Origin: Dehalococcoidia bacterium
GTDB taxonomy: Bacteria > Chloroflexota > Dehalococcoidia > GIF9 > UBA5629
DNA: 64,000 nucleotides
Assembly (NCBI GenBank): GCA_050011565.1
Contig: JBEKIW010000001.1
Coordinates: forward strand, 96,001-160,000
Direction: 5' to 3'
The translations under genes and the position numbers were made by a program. The notes under the pieces are model-generated. The model saw only the letters and a list, made by a program, of their open reading frames with translations. It was not told where the DNA came from and did no database searches. The stretch's first letter is position 1, and each line of letters starts with the position of its first letter. Below are positions 19,554 through 28,643 of the stretch, piece after piece.

Positions 19554-19769
19554 ATCGGCGATATAGAGCGTGTAAACATCAAACCAGGCTTGCGGGTTTC
19601 AATCGTAATAAAGGCAGATCAACGATCCGGAAAACTAACCGAAGGGATAGTCAAAGATATTTTGACACGCTCTCCGGTTCATCCGCATGGCATCAAGGTT
19701 CGCTTAGAAAACGGTCAAGTTGGGCGAGTCAAAGAGATAAAAGCTAAAGGTCTTTCTCCGCCGAGCTAG
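19554..19769 (+). CDS. YwbE (DUF2196) family protein with a non-canonical or mutated start (ATC)
   Basis: ERVNIKPGLRVSIVIKADQRSGKLTEGIVKDILTRSPVHPHGIKVRLENGQVGRVKEI; no ATG, GTG or TTG in frame near the N-terminus. Confidence 0.75.
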   Translation: MGDIERVNIKPGLRVSIVIKADQRSGKLTEGIVKDILTRSPVHPHGIKVRLENGQVGRVKEIKAKGLSPPS

Positions 19770-19813
19770 CTATGTGACGTGTCCATAATAAGTGTACCAT
19801 TTTTCGTTGGCCC

Positions 19814-20077
19814 TCACCCCAAAAATTGAACACCACCATTCATTATTGACCTGAGTTTACCTTCTCTTGTAAGCCTCTTAATTCTATGCTCCATTTTAGA
19901 GGCGAGCGATTTATCTTCATAATCCCACTTCCTGAGTAATTTAACAGGTCTTCTTCCTCTGGTATACTTAGAACCAATCCCTAAATTGTGCTCTCTTATG
20001 CGCTTAACAATATTATTGCTGATACCTGTATAAAGAGTTCCGTCACTGCACTCGACTATATAAACGTACCAGGCCAT
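19814..20077 (-). CDS. GIY-YIG nuclease family protein (UPF0213/YazA type)
   Basis: WYVYIVECSDGTLYTGIS...RIREHNLGIGSKYTRGRRPVKL. Confidence 0.9.
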   Translation of the reverse strand: MAWYVYIVECSDGTLYTGISNNIVKRIREHNLGIGSKYTRGRRPVKLLRKWDYEDKSLASKMEHRIKRLTREGKLRSIMNGGVQFLG

Positions 20078-20132
20078 TCTATTTTCCTTCAGCAGCTCTT
20101 ACCTGTAATTATAACGCCTTCAGGTTGTGGCC

Positions 20133-20182
20133 GTGGCTAGTCCGGTGGATAGGTTGATACGTTAGACTATGATGCGGTGGAG
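20133..20182 (+). pseudogene. Integrase 3'-tail remnant 3 plus downstream flank
   Basis: gtggctagtccggtggataggttgatacgttag (VASPVDRLIR*) then ..gcggtggag, matching 16574-16622. Confidence 0.75.
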
Positions 20183-20319
20183 GCACATAAGAGATTTAGT
20201 CCGGTGGCTGGGTTGAGGTAACAGCGGGATGGAGTAGGTTAAACATACCTATTGACTTTTTATAATCAGGCTAGTAAAATGCTGAACGTAAAAAACTAAT
20301 AATTAAGAGGAGGTTATTT

Positions 20320-20685
20320 ATGGTCAAAACTTGGGGATGGATCAGTTTCATACTATTTTGCCTTGGCGTCATACTAGCTGTTGTCGGAGGTTTAGTATTT
20401 CCAGAGAGCATAGTCATTGCATTAATACTTGTCATTTTCGGCCTTATAATCGGTATTATACATGTCAGTATTGACAAAGAAGGAAAAGGACTGGTTATTC
20501 TGCTCCTGGCCACGATAGCAATATTGGCAATGACGGCTGCCTTTTCTCCGGTTACATTTTTGGGCTTCGGTAAAATGGCGGCCAGCATATTAGTAAATTT
20601 TGCCGCGTTAATGGCACCTGTGGCCCTCGTCGCTGCAATAAAGGCGCTGCTGCAACTATTCCTCGGACCACAAGTTAAAATCTAG
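20320..20685 (+). CDS. 4-TM hypothetical membrane protein
   Basis: SD GAGGAGG; four hydrophobic segments. Confidence 0.75.
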   Translation: MVKTWGWISFILFCLGVILAVVGGLVFPESIVIALILVIFGLIIGIIHVSIDKEGKGLVILLLATIAILAMTAAFSPVTFLGFGKMAASILVNFAALMAPVALVAAIKALLQLFLGPQVKI

Positions 20686-20832
20686 CTAGTCTTAAATCAA
20701 CAAGACTAGATTGTCATTCATCTGAGACAGGTCGCTTTTACTTAAGTGTGAAAGATGGCCTGTCTCATTATTATTGACCACGTACGCGAGGTTTTCAAAT
20801 AAGCGAGAACAGGCAGGTGTTGTATTTAGACT

Positions 20833-20883
20833 GTTTGATTAGGAGTCAAAAGGTAGTGGGTTCGAATACCATCAGCTCCACCA
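20833..20883 (+). repeat. Degenerate att copy (tRNA-Ala 3' half)
   Basis: gtttgattaggagtcaaaaggtagtgggttcgaataccatcagctccacca compared with tRNA 15572-15622. Confidence 0.9.
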
Positions 20884-21029
20884 GACAATCCTATGAAGTT
20901 ATTCCAAATTTAGATATCTTTCCATACTACCGAATTCCTACCCATATCGCGTCACTAGTTTGTATTATAATATTATATACGTTATATACGCCGCTTATTA
21001 TGGTTGGTATGAAATGTTGAGGACACGCT

Positions 21030-22274
21030 GTGCCTAAGATTCCTGACCTGGTCAATGGTTTCAAGATGCTGAAGGAGGTGGACCTGAATACGGTCCGCGC
21101 GCAGGCTGAAATACCCCTGCATGTCATGGTTATCGGAGAGGCCGGGACAGGTAAGACTGCGCTGGTCGAACAGTTACTTGTCGGGCCAAGGTCGGAAGGG
21201 CCTCCGGATTTGGTCTCCATTACCATGTATCGGCCAGACCTGAATCTGCAAATTCCGGATAATACGCTGGTATTGCTGCTTCTGGATGTTAGGAAGACCG
21301 ACCTTCAAAACGAGCGGGCAATCTTTGACAGGCTCATTGGCAGGAAGATAGCGACGGTCGTCTGCTACAACAAATCATATCTGGCCCGCGAAGAAAACCT
21401 TACGCTGAACAGATCAATCTGGACTGGTGCCGAGACGGCTGTTATTACCGCCACCGACCGCGATACGCTGATGCGCGAGCTTGTACCTGCCATCTTACGC
21501 GTGTGCAAAGGCCGTGAGACCCGGTTAGCCCGTCACCTGCCGATGTTACGTGCGCCGGTCGCGCAAAAGCTGATTGACGACACCTGCTTTATCAATGCTA
21601 CCTATAGCCTGAGCACCGGCCTGGCGGAGATAGTGCCTATACTGGACCTGCCGCTGAATTTAGCAGATATCGTTATATTGACTAAAAACCAGGCTTTGAT
21701 GGCGTACACCATTACGCTGGCCATGGGAATGCAGGCCGAATGGCGCGATACCATGCCCAAATTAGCGGCTGTGGTTGGATCAGCCTTTCTCTGGCGGCAA
21801 CTAGCCCGTTATCTGGCCGGCCTCATACCAGTCATCGGCATCGTGCCAAAGGTAGTGATCGCCTACTCGGGAACCTACGTGATTGGCGAAGCTGTTTACC
21901 AGTGGTGCGCCAACGGCGAGAAGCTCAATCCGGAGGAATTAAAAGTTCTCTATGCTGAGGCCTTGAAGCGTGGCAGTGAGGTTGCCAGGGTGCTGATCGC
22001 GAAAAGGGGTGCAGCTCAGTACCAGGCGGCCGACAAATTCAAGGAGATAGCACAGCTCATCTCTAAGAGAAGCACCACTACTCAGGAGCAGGCCTCCAGC
22101 AGGTTTCAGGCGGTTATGTCCTTCATTGCCCGAAAAAGCCAGGATACACGTGAGCAAATTTTTTCTATTGCTGATAAAGTGTTCCAACCGGGGACTGCCT
22201 GCTTGGCTTGCGGCAAGAAGTCGCCCAAAGGTGCGGGCTTCTGCGCTTTCTGCGGCAAACCCCTGAATTCCTGA
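21030..22274 (+). CDS. P-loop (GTPase-like) + DUF697/YcjF-like + C-terminal zinc-ribbon protein
   Basis: GEAGTGKT, degenerate NK(SY), hydrophobic DUF697-like block, CLACG...CAFCG. Confidence 0.65.
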   Translation: MPKIPDLVNGFKMLKEVDLNTVRAQAEIPLHVMVIGEAGTGKTALVEQLLVGPRSEGPPDLVSITMYRPDLNLQIPDNTLVLLLLDVRKTDLQNERAIFDRLIGRKIATVVCYNKSYLAREENLTLNRSIWTGAETAVITATDRDTLMRELVPAILRVCKGRETRLARHLPMLRAPVAQKLIDDTCFINATYSLSTGLAEIVPILDLPLNLADIVILTKNQALMAYTITLAMGMQAEWRDTMPKLAAVVGSAFLWRQLARYLAGLIPVIGIVPKVVIAYSGTYVIGEAVYQWCANGEKLNPEELKVLYAEALKRGSEVARVLIAKRGAAQYQAADKFKEIAQLISKRSTTTQEQASSRFQAVMSFIARKSQDTREQIFSIADKVFQPGTACLACGKKSPKGAGFCAFCGKPLNS

Positions 22275-22347
22275 CGGGCGTCAGCATCAGTTGGCACAAA
22301 CCGGATTACATATGGAGAAAAGTATGACAAAAATGGTTTTGATCGAA

Positions 22348-22393
22348 ACTGGCAGTCAAAAGGTAGGGGGTTCGAATCCCATCAGCTCCACCA
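22348..22393 (+). repeat. Distal att copy (tRNA-Ala 3' half)
   Basis: 46-bp match to 15577-15622 with one mismatch. Confidence 0.93.
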
Positions 22394-22452
22394 AAGCGTG
22401 CCGCGTCTGTTGCCTTTGACACACCCATGATTGAACAGAATTATCTGTATTA

Positions 22453-23487
22453 CTATTTCGTCATATTATCAATAATAGCCCTGCCGGCGTACTTGCCTTC
22501 GTCCAACTCCTCGAGTACCTGGCTGATTTCCGATAAGCTGGCAACTCTACCTACGTGAGTTTTTACTTTACCATCTGCGGCCAATTGAATTAATTCCCTC
22601 ATTTCTTCTACTGTACCCACTGCCGACGACATTATAAGAGGGTCTCTGCCTAATAGTTCCAACGGCATTATCGATATTGGCCCTTCGCTCACGGGAGGCA
22701 TTCCCACTCCGACAAATACTCCTCCGCGCCTCATTAATTTTAATCCGAGTTCAAAGCCAGCTATCTTTGGTGAAAATGCGATGCTGGCGTACACGCCGCC
22801 GAACTTCTCCTTGACGAATTTTTCGGCTTCGCTTATATCCACGGCGTAGTCGGCACCCAGGCTCTTCACGAATTCTATTTTGTCCTGCCCTACATCGACT
22901 CCGACGACTTTATACCCGAATGCCTTGGCTGTCTGTACTGCGTAGTGCCCGAGCCCACCCGCCGCACCGATAATAGCTACCGGCTTACCCGGTAAAACGC
23001 CGAATTTGATTAGTTTTTTGACGGCGCTGTAGGCTGTTAAGCCGCCGCATGCCAGCGGGACTTCTCTGTCGCTTACTTCCTCAGGTAGTTTTACCAATGA
23101 TTTTACCCAAACTGAAATGTACTCAGCATAGGCGCCGATAATGCCCTTAGTCTGTTTGCATAGCCTGGGCCTGCCACTGAGGCAATATTCACAAGCACCA
23201 CACCAGTATCCTCCTCCTGAGCCACCGAGACCCAATATAACCCTATCGCCTTTCTGTATGAATTTCTCTGCTCCTGTACCTAACTCCTCGACTATCCCTA
23301 TGCCTTCATGACCCATCGGCATCGGAATTGGTGGGAGAAACCCGGGCCAATCCCCTTTAACCAAATGTACATCCGAGTGGCAAACGCCTGCGGTGGTAAT
23401 CTTGACCAGGGCTTCTTCGTGCCCGGGGGTGGGTTTAGGTATATCTTTAATAACTAATTTACCGTCGGCTAGGAAAACTGCGCGCAT
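22453..23487 (-). CDS. Zinc-dependent alcohol dehydrogenase
   Basis: GVCHSD, GHEG, CGACEYC...C, GAAGGLG; start at MRAVFL with SD GGAGG. Confidence 0.92.
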   Translation of the reverse strand: MRAVFLADGKLVIKDIPKPTPGHEEALVKITTAGVCHSDVHLVKGDWPGFLPPIPMPMGHEGIGIVEELGTGAEKFIQKGDRVILGLGGSGGGYWCGACEYCLSGRPRLCKQTKGIIGAYAEYISVWVKSLVKLPEEVSDREVPLACGGLTAYSAVKKLIKFGVLPGKPVAIIGAAGGLGHYAVQTAKAFGYKVVGVDVGQDKIEFVKSLGADYAVDISEAEKFVKEKFGGVYASIAFSPKIAGFELGLKLMRRGGVFVGVGMPPVSEGPISIMPLELLGRDPLIMSSAVGTVEEMRELIQLAADGKVKTHVGRVASLSEISQVLEELDEGKYAGRAIIDNMTK

Positions 23488-23707
23488 ATTTGTCTGCCTC
23501 CAACACACTATTCAATAACGGAATTATACCATTGGCTCAGGTACAGATGTCTGCCATTTTCTGTAGCCAATTGTACTCCTTGGTCAGGAGGTGTCAAACA
23601 AGGGGCAGAGGTTAAAGCAGCGCCAGACTGACGATTGTTCAGGTAATACGATTGCTCTATAATTGAGCTGCGTCAGTAATCTTAAATGAATGGAAGAGGA
23701 GTAAGCA

Positions 23708-24391
23708 ATGGCTTCTGTGAAAGACGTATTGGACAAACTCCAGAGCAAAGCCAGGCCAGACCAGTTGGCAGGAATGGCTAAATTCGGGATAGCAATTGAA
23801 GGAAGATTAGGGGTATCGGTTCCTGATATGAGGAAACTGGCGAAGGAGATAGGGAAAGACCACAAGCTGGCGTTAGAGTTGTGGAAGACGGGGATAGCTG
23901 AGGCCAGGATGGTGGCGGCGATGGTTGATGACCCGGATAAGCTAACTGAAGAGCAGATGGAGGACTGGGTGAAGGACTTCAACTCCTGGGATGTCTGCGA
24001 CCAGGTGTGCATGAATCTTTTCGAAGAGAACAGATTAGCCTGGAAGAAAATTATCGATTGGTCTGTGCGGAAAGAAGAGTTCGTCAAGAGGACTGCCTTT
24101 TCGCTAATAGCCTGTCTGGCGTGGCATGACAAGAAGGCGAACGATGAGAAATTTATCGAATTGCTACCGGTAATAATACGAGGAGCCACGGACGAGCGTA
24201 ACTTCGTCAAGAAAGCAGTCAACTGGGCTCTTAGAAACATAGGTAAAAGGAATCTCAACTTGAACCAAGCTGTAATAGATGCTGCAAAGGAAATCCAGCG
24301 ACTCGATTCGAAGGCTGCTCGCTGGGTTGCCTCCGATACTCTCCGGGAACTACAGAGTGAAGCTGTCCAGGCCAAGCTCAGAAAAGGTTGA
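23708..24391 (+). CDS. DNA alkylation repair protein (AlkD-like HEAT repeat)
   Basis: FNSWDVCDQVC, DERNFVKKAVNWALRNIGKR. Confidence 0.88.
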   Translation: MASVKDVLDKLQSKARPDQLAGMAKFGIAIEGRLGVSVPDMRKLAKEIGKDHKLALELWKTGIAEARMVAAMVDDPDKLTEEQMEDWVKDFNSWDVCDQVCMNLFEENRLAWKKIIDWSVRKEEFVKRTAFSLIACLAWHDKKANDEKFIELLPVIIRGATDERNFVKKAVNWALRNIGKRNLNLNQAVIDAAKEIQRLDSKAARWVASDTLRELQSEAVQAKLRKG

Positions 24392-24461
24392 GGTCGTAGC
24401 CTTGACTGAGAGGCGGCTGCGTGCTAACTTTCGTAAGCATTCACACTAAGGAGGAAAACAG

Positions 24462-25277
24462 ATGAACTTATCCAAGATATCTATGAAGGGCAAGGTGGCG
24501 TTGGTCAGCGGAGCCAGCCGAGGCATCGGTGAAGCCAGTGCCCTGGCTTTCGCCAGCGCCGGCGCCGATGTGGTGGTCGCCAGCCGGAAGCTGTCTGACC
24601 TGGAGAAGGTGGCCGAGAAGATAAAGGCTAAAGGCGTGAGAAGCCTGGCAGTGGCCGCCCATGTCGCCAAGATTGAAGACTCGAAGAATCTGGTCAACAC
24701 GGTGGTAAAAGAATTCGGCCGGATTGATATTCTGTTCAATAATGCCGGTACGAATCCCTATTTTGGACCCCTGCTGGATGCCGAGGAGTGGGCTTGGGAC
24801 ACGACCTTTAACGTTAACCTGAGAGGTCCTTTTTTCCTGGCACAGCTGGTAGCCAGGGTAATGAAAGAGCAGGGTGGCGGCTGTATGATCAATACCGCCT
24901 CAGTGGGTGCTTTAAGGGCCAGTGACCTCGCTATTTACAGCGTCACCAAGGCAGCCTATGTCATGCTGACTCAGGTCATGGCCAAGGAATGGGGCCAGTG
25001 GGGCATCAGGGTAAATGCCATTGCACCGGGGATAATAAAGACAAAACTCGCCGAAGCGCTGTGGAAAGACCCGGCAGCGGGCAAAGCTGCAACGGAAAGA
25101 ATTGCGCTGCTTCGCCTGGGTGAACCGGAGGATGTAGCCGGCGTCGTTCTTTTCCTCGCCTCCGACCTGGCTAAATACGTAACCGGCGAGACCGTCGTCG
25201 TGGATGGGGGCCAGATGCTTGGAGCGCCATCATTCCGTGGTGGGAAAAGCAACCCGGTCGCCGAGTTAGGAATATAA
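24462..25277 (+). CDS. Short-chain dehydrogenase/reductase
   Basis: SGASRGIG, NNAG, YSVTK. Confidence 0.92.
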   Translation: MNLSKISMKGKVALVSGASRGIGEASALAFASAGADVVVASRKLSDLEKVAEKIKAKGVRSLAVAAHVAKIEDSKNLVNTVVKEFGRIDILFNNAGTNPYFGPLLDAEEWAWDTTFNVNLRGPFFLAQLVARVMKEQGGGCMINTASVGALRASDLAIYSVTKAAYVMLTQVMAKEWGQWGIRVNAIAPGIIKTKLAEALWKDPAAGKAATERIALLRLGEPEDVAGVVLFLASDLAKYVTGETVVVDGGQMLGAPSFRGGKSNPVAELGI

Positions 25278-25512
25278 AACGCTACGGTCACCTGCTTCCG
25301 CTTTTAGTCGGTTAGTCACACATTGCCAACGGTTTGGTAGATTTGTGCCAAAATGTTACAGTTTTTAATGTTTCAGGTGCTCAATTTTATAACTTTTTAA
25401 TGAAACATTATATACAATCCGTGTGAAGGAGATGATAAATATTACGTCTGACTTTAACGCAATATTTACAAATTAGTCTCCCGGACTTCTATTTTTAGGT
25501 AAGGAGTTAAAA

Positions 25513-26826
25513 ATGACGTGGAAAGACATATACAAATCGAAGGTATGTAGTCATCAGGAAGCGGCGAGGCTTGTGCAATCAGGCGACCGGCTCTTTACCC
25601 CGCTTGGCCTGGGTGAACCTTCAACGGCCATGATGGATGCCATCGCCGACAGGAAAGACGAGCTGAAGGACGTCGATTACATATCATCGCTTGTGTTTCA
25701 TCCCTACAAGATTTTCAACCCCGAGTACAGAAAAGCATTCCGTTTGATTACCGGCTTTTACAGCATACTCACTATGTCGCAAAATGAAGCTGGTATTTCA
25801 ACATTTGTGCCAGTGCAGAGTTCCAACGTTGGCCGTGTGGCAGAGAAGCGACAAAAGCTCTTCCCGCGCAGGCAGGGCATTATTACACAGGTCACACCTC
25901 CGGACGAACACGGCTTTGTGTCGCTCGGTCTGGACCTGTTCTACACGCCGGATATCATTGACCAGGCCGACTACGTCATCGGTGAGGTAAATCCGAAGAT
26001 GCCGTGGACATACGGCGATACGAGCTATCATATCAGCCGGTTCGATAAATTCGTTGAAACAGAAGAACCACTTTTAGCGCTTCCGCTACCCGAGCCGTCG
26101 GACGTACATATAAAGATTGCTAAAAATGTCGTTAGTTTACTCAAGAACAGAGATTGTCTTCAAATAGGGATAGGCGCGGTTCCCGGTGAGATATCAAAAC
26201 TTCTGGCGGACAGCGGTCTTAAGGACCTGGGACTTCATACTGAGATGGCTCCCATGGGCACCCGCGAACTGGTGGAGAAGGGTGTAGTCACCTGTAAATT
26301 TAAACAAGCTCATCGAAACAAGATAGTTATGGCATTTACTATCGGCGACCAGGAACTCTACGATTTCCTGGGCAATAACCCCATGGTGGAGTTCTACTCC
26401 GCTTCATACTGCAACTCGATTCCTTTGCTGGTGCAGGAGAAAAACCTGGTGGCCATAAACGGCTCTATTGAAGTCGACCTTGTGGGAACCATCGCCTCGG
26501 AATCCATCGGTGATGCCATGTTCTCCGGCACAGGCGGGCAGCTCGACTTTGTAATAGGAGCTTTCTGGTCTGAAGGAGGCAGAGCTATCAATATTTTGCC
26601 CAGTACCGCTAAGGGTGGAACGGTATCACGCATCGTGCCTTACCTGACACAGGGAGCCCGGGTGACTGTGCCCAGACACTATGCCCAGTACATAGTCACC
26701 GAGTATGGAATTGCCGACCTTACCTCGCTGGATGAAAGAGAGCGAGCCCTGGCCCTCATTGAAATAGCACACCCCAAGTTCAGGGACGAACTGCTTAAGG
26801 CAGCCAAGAAGAGACTTAAGTTTTGA
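25513..26826 (+). CDS. Acetyl-CoA hydrolase/4-hydroxybutyrate CoA-transferase family
   Basis: LQIGIGAVP, HTEM, SGTGGQLDF, IVTEYGIA...IAHPKFR. Confidence 0.9.
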   Translation: MTWKDIYKSKVCSHQEAARLVQSGDRLFTPLGLGEPSTAMMDAIADRKDELKDVDYISSLVFHPYKIFNPEYRKAFRLITGFYSILTMSQNEAGISTFVPVQSSNVGRVAEKRQKLFPRRQGIITQVTPPDEHGFVSLGLDLFYTPDIIDQADYVIGEVNPKMPWTYGDTSYHISRFDKFVETEEPLLALPLPEPSDVHIKIAKNVVSLLKNRDCLQIGIGAVPGEISKLLADSGLKDLGLHTEMAPMGTRELVEKGVVTCKFKQAHRNKIVMAFTIGDQELYDFLGNNPMVEFYSASYCNSIPLLVQEKNLVAINGSIEVDLVGTIASESIGDAMFSGTGGQLDFVIGAFWSEGGRAINILPSTAKGGTVSRIVPYLTQGARVTVPRHYAQYIVTEYGIADLTSLDERERALALIEIAHPKFRDELLKAAKKRLKF

Positions 26827-27021
26827 CGTACCTGTAGACGAGACAGTTGCATGCACATTCGGTCGTGGTTTGTCTTTTTCCATATTATCCTTTAAATCTG
26901 CGCTGGTTACTTGGGTGCATTTTCTCGAGAATTAGTTTAAGATGTTAAGTGAAGCTTGTGCACGTTTGTATTGAAAAAAGAGACGGTCAGCGTTAAATAA
27001 AAACTTGAAATAGGAGGAGCT

Positions 27022-27630
27022 ATGTGGCGGTGCACGGTATGTCAGCATGTAGGCCTCGAAAAAACACCACCGGTTAAATGCCCGGTATGTGATTCTGCCA
27101 GCGAGAAATTTGTCGACTACAAGCCTCCGGTGGGAGGAGTGAAGACCTGGCAGAACTTAAGAGACGCCTTCGTCGGCGAGTCGCAAGCCCACTTCAGAGA
27201 CCTGGCATTCGCCAGGCAGGCTGTAGCGGAGGAATTGCCCCAGATTGCCAAGCTTTTCCGTGCCATCGCTGCTGCTGAAGAAGTACATGCCTACAATAGT
27301 CTCCGATTCCTGGGATTAGTTCGTGACACACAAGAGAACATAGATACCGCCTTTCAGAGAGAGAATCTGGCCGAGACCAAGATGTACCCGAAATTTATTG
27401 CCGACGCTAACGAGGAAGATGCGCCTGAAGTAGCTTTAAGCTTCAGTCAGGCTCGAGATGTGGACGGCGTGCATGGCAAGCTTTACCAAAAAGCGGCTCA
27501 ACATTTAACAGTGGATATGGAGACAACTTACTACGTGTGTCAGGTGTGTGGTTATGTCTCCGATGGCCTGCTGCCTGACCAGTGCCCTATTTGCGGGGCT
27601 CCTAAAGACAAGTTTAAGACCGTAGACTAG
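27022..27630 (+). CDS. Rubrerythrin with N- and C-terminal rubredoxin-like domains
   Basis: CTVC..CPVC, GESQA...EEVHA, CQVCGY...CPICGA. Confidence 0.88.
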   Translation: MWRCTVCQHVGLEKTPPVKCPVCDSASEKFVDYKPPVGGVKTWQNLRDAFVGESQAHFRDLAFARQAVAEELPQIAKLFRAIAAAEEVHAYNSLRFLGLVRDTQENIDTAFQRENLAETKMYPKFIADANEEDAPEVALSFSQARDVDGVHGKLYQKAAQHLTVDMETTYYVCQVCGYVSDGLLPDQCPICGAPKDKFKTVD

Positions 27631-27694
27631 AGATTTTTCGATTTATCTGTGGTTGGTCGGGTAGGCGACCGCACAGGCCGCTTCTATCGGAATT

Positions 27695-28387
27695 TTATAT
27701 CTTGCCAAAGCGCCGGTGGCGGCTCATATAAGTATCCAGGGCCTTATCAATTTCTGCCCTATTAAAATCAGGCCAGAGCACCTCGGTAAAGTAGAGTTCA
27801 CTGTAAGCAGCTTGCCACAGTAGAAAATTGCTCAGACGTGTCTCGCCGCCGGTGCGAATGATTAAGTCGGGGTCCGGTATGTCAGGCGCGTAAAGATATT
27901 TCTTGAACGAATCCTCATTAACGTCTTCCGCAGAAATCCGGGCAGATAGAAGACGGCGAGCTGCCCCCACAATCTCAGCTCTGCCACCGTAGTCGAAAGC
28001 CATACTGAGCGTCCCGCCGGTATTATTCTCGGTCAGTTCAATAGCCCGTTTTATCTTTTGCTGGAGCTTCGGAGATAGGGTGTCGAGCCTTCCCAGATGT
28101 CTAACCCGAATATTCTTCTCATGAAAACGATTGATTTCGGGGTCTAGCCTATCGCTTAAAATTTTTAACAGTCCCCTGACTTCGGCGCTGGGGCGCTTCC
28201 AGTTCTCGGTGGAGAAGGCAAACAGTGTAAGATACTTTATCTTATATTCAACAAAAATTTCGGAGACCAGACGGATATTTTCTGTACCGGCCCGGTGCCC
28301 TTCTAAACGAGGCAGGCCGCGCTGCTTCGCCCACCTGCCGTTACCATCCATGATAATCGCCACATGCTGTGGTAAATCATTTGCCAT
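27695..28387 (-). CDS. uppS: Isoprenyl transferase (undecaprenyl diphosphate synthase)
   Basis: HVAIIMDGNGRWA, FSTENWKR, RTGGETRLSNFLLWQ. Confidence 0.96.
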   Translation of the reverse strand: MANDLPQHVAIIMDGNGRWAKQRGLPRLEGHRAGTENIRLVSEIFVEYKIKYLTLFAFSTENWKRPSAEVRGLLKILSDRLDPEINRFHEKNIRVRHLGRLDTLSPKLQQKIKRAIELTENNTGGTLSMAFDYGGRAEIVGAARRLLSARISAEDVNEDSFKKYLYAPDIPDPDLIIRTGGETRLSNFLLWQAAYSELYFTEVLWPDFNRAEIDKALDTYMSRHRRFGKI

Positions 28388-28643
28388 GGTCAGTTTTTCT
28401 CACCTCTCGATTTTAAGCCAGATAAAATATTTCGGGCAGGCAATAGAAACCAAAATTTAGGAGAAATGCCCACAGATTGTTAAGTATACTATATCATTTT
28501 CATAATATAAAAAGTATGTAGCTACGAAACTCATAAATGCCTTAACATTCGGAGAAACTCGAGTTGCGAATCATGCCTCCGGCGATATATACTTTGATGT
28601 CGTTTTTCCGTTAAAATCAATAAATCTGTTTAGGAGGTAAGCA

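Larger units (their letters stand above)
15577..22393. mobile_element. Composite integrative island at tRNA-Ala(GGC), with tandem att copies
   Basis: Integrase directly after the tRNA; tRNA 3'-half direct repeats at 20833-20883 and 22348-22393; visibly AT-richer sequence over about 15.6-21.0 kb. Confidence 0.88.

Noticed and set aside
19814-20077. GIY-YIG gene as the mobiliser of the REP-like palindromes
   Set aside because: It is the UPF0213 type and is not flanked by any of the palindromes.
20833-20883. Second tRNA with an AGG anticodon
   Set aside because: No acceptor 5' strand or D arm, and the T arm is mutated; it is an att remnant.
15623-22393. True integron or prophage
   Set aside because: No attC-like sites and no IntI-specific insertion seen; no phage structural or replication genes; remnant breakpoints differ, which argues against a single cassette recombination site.
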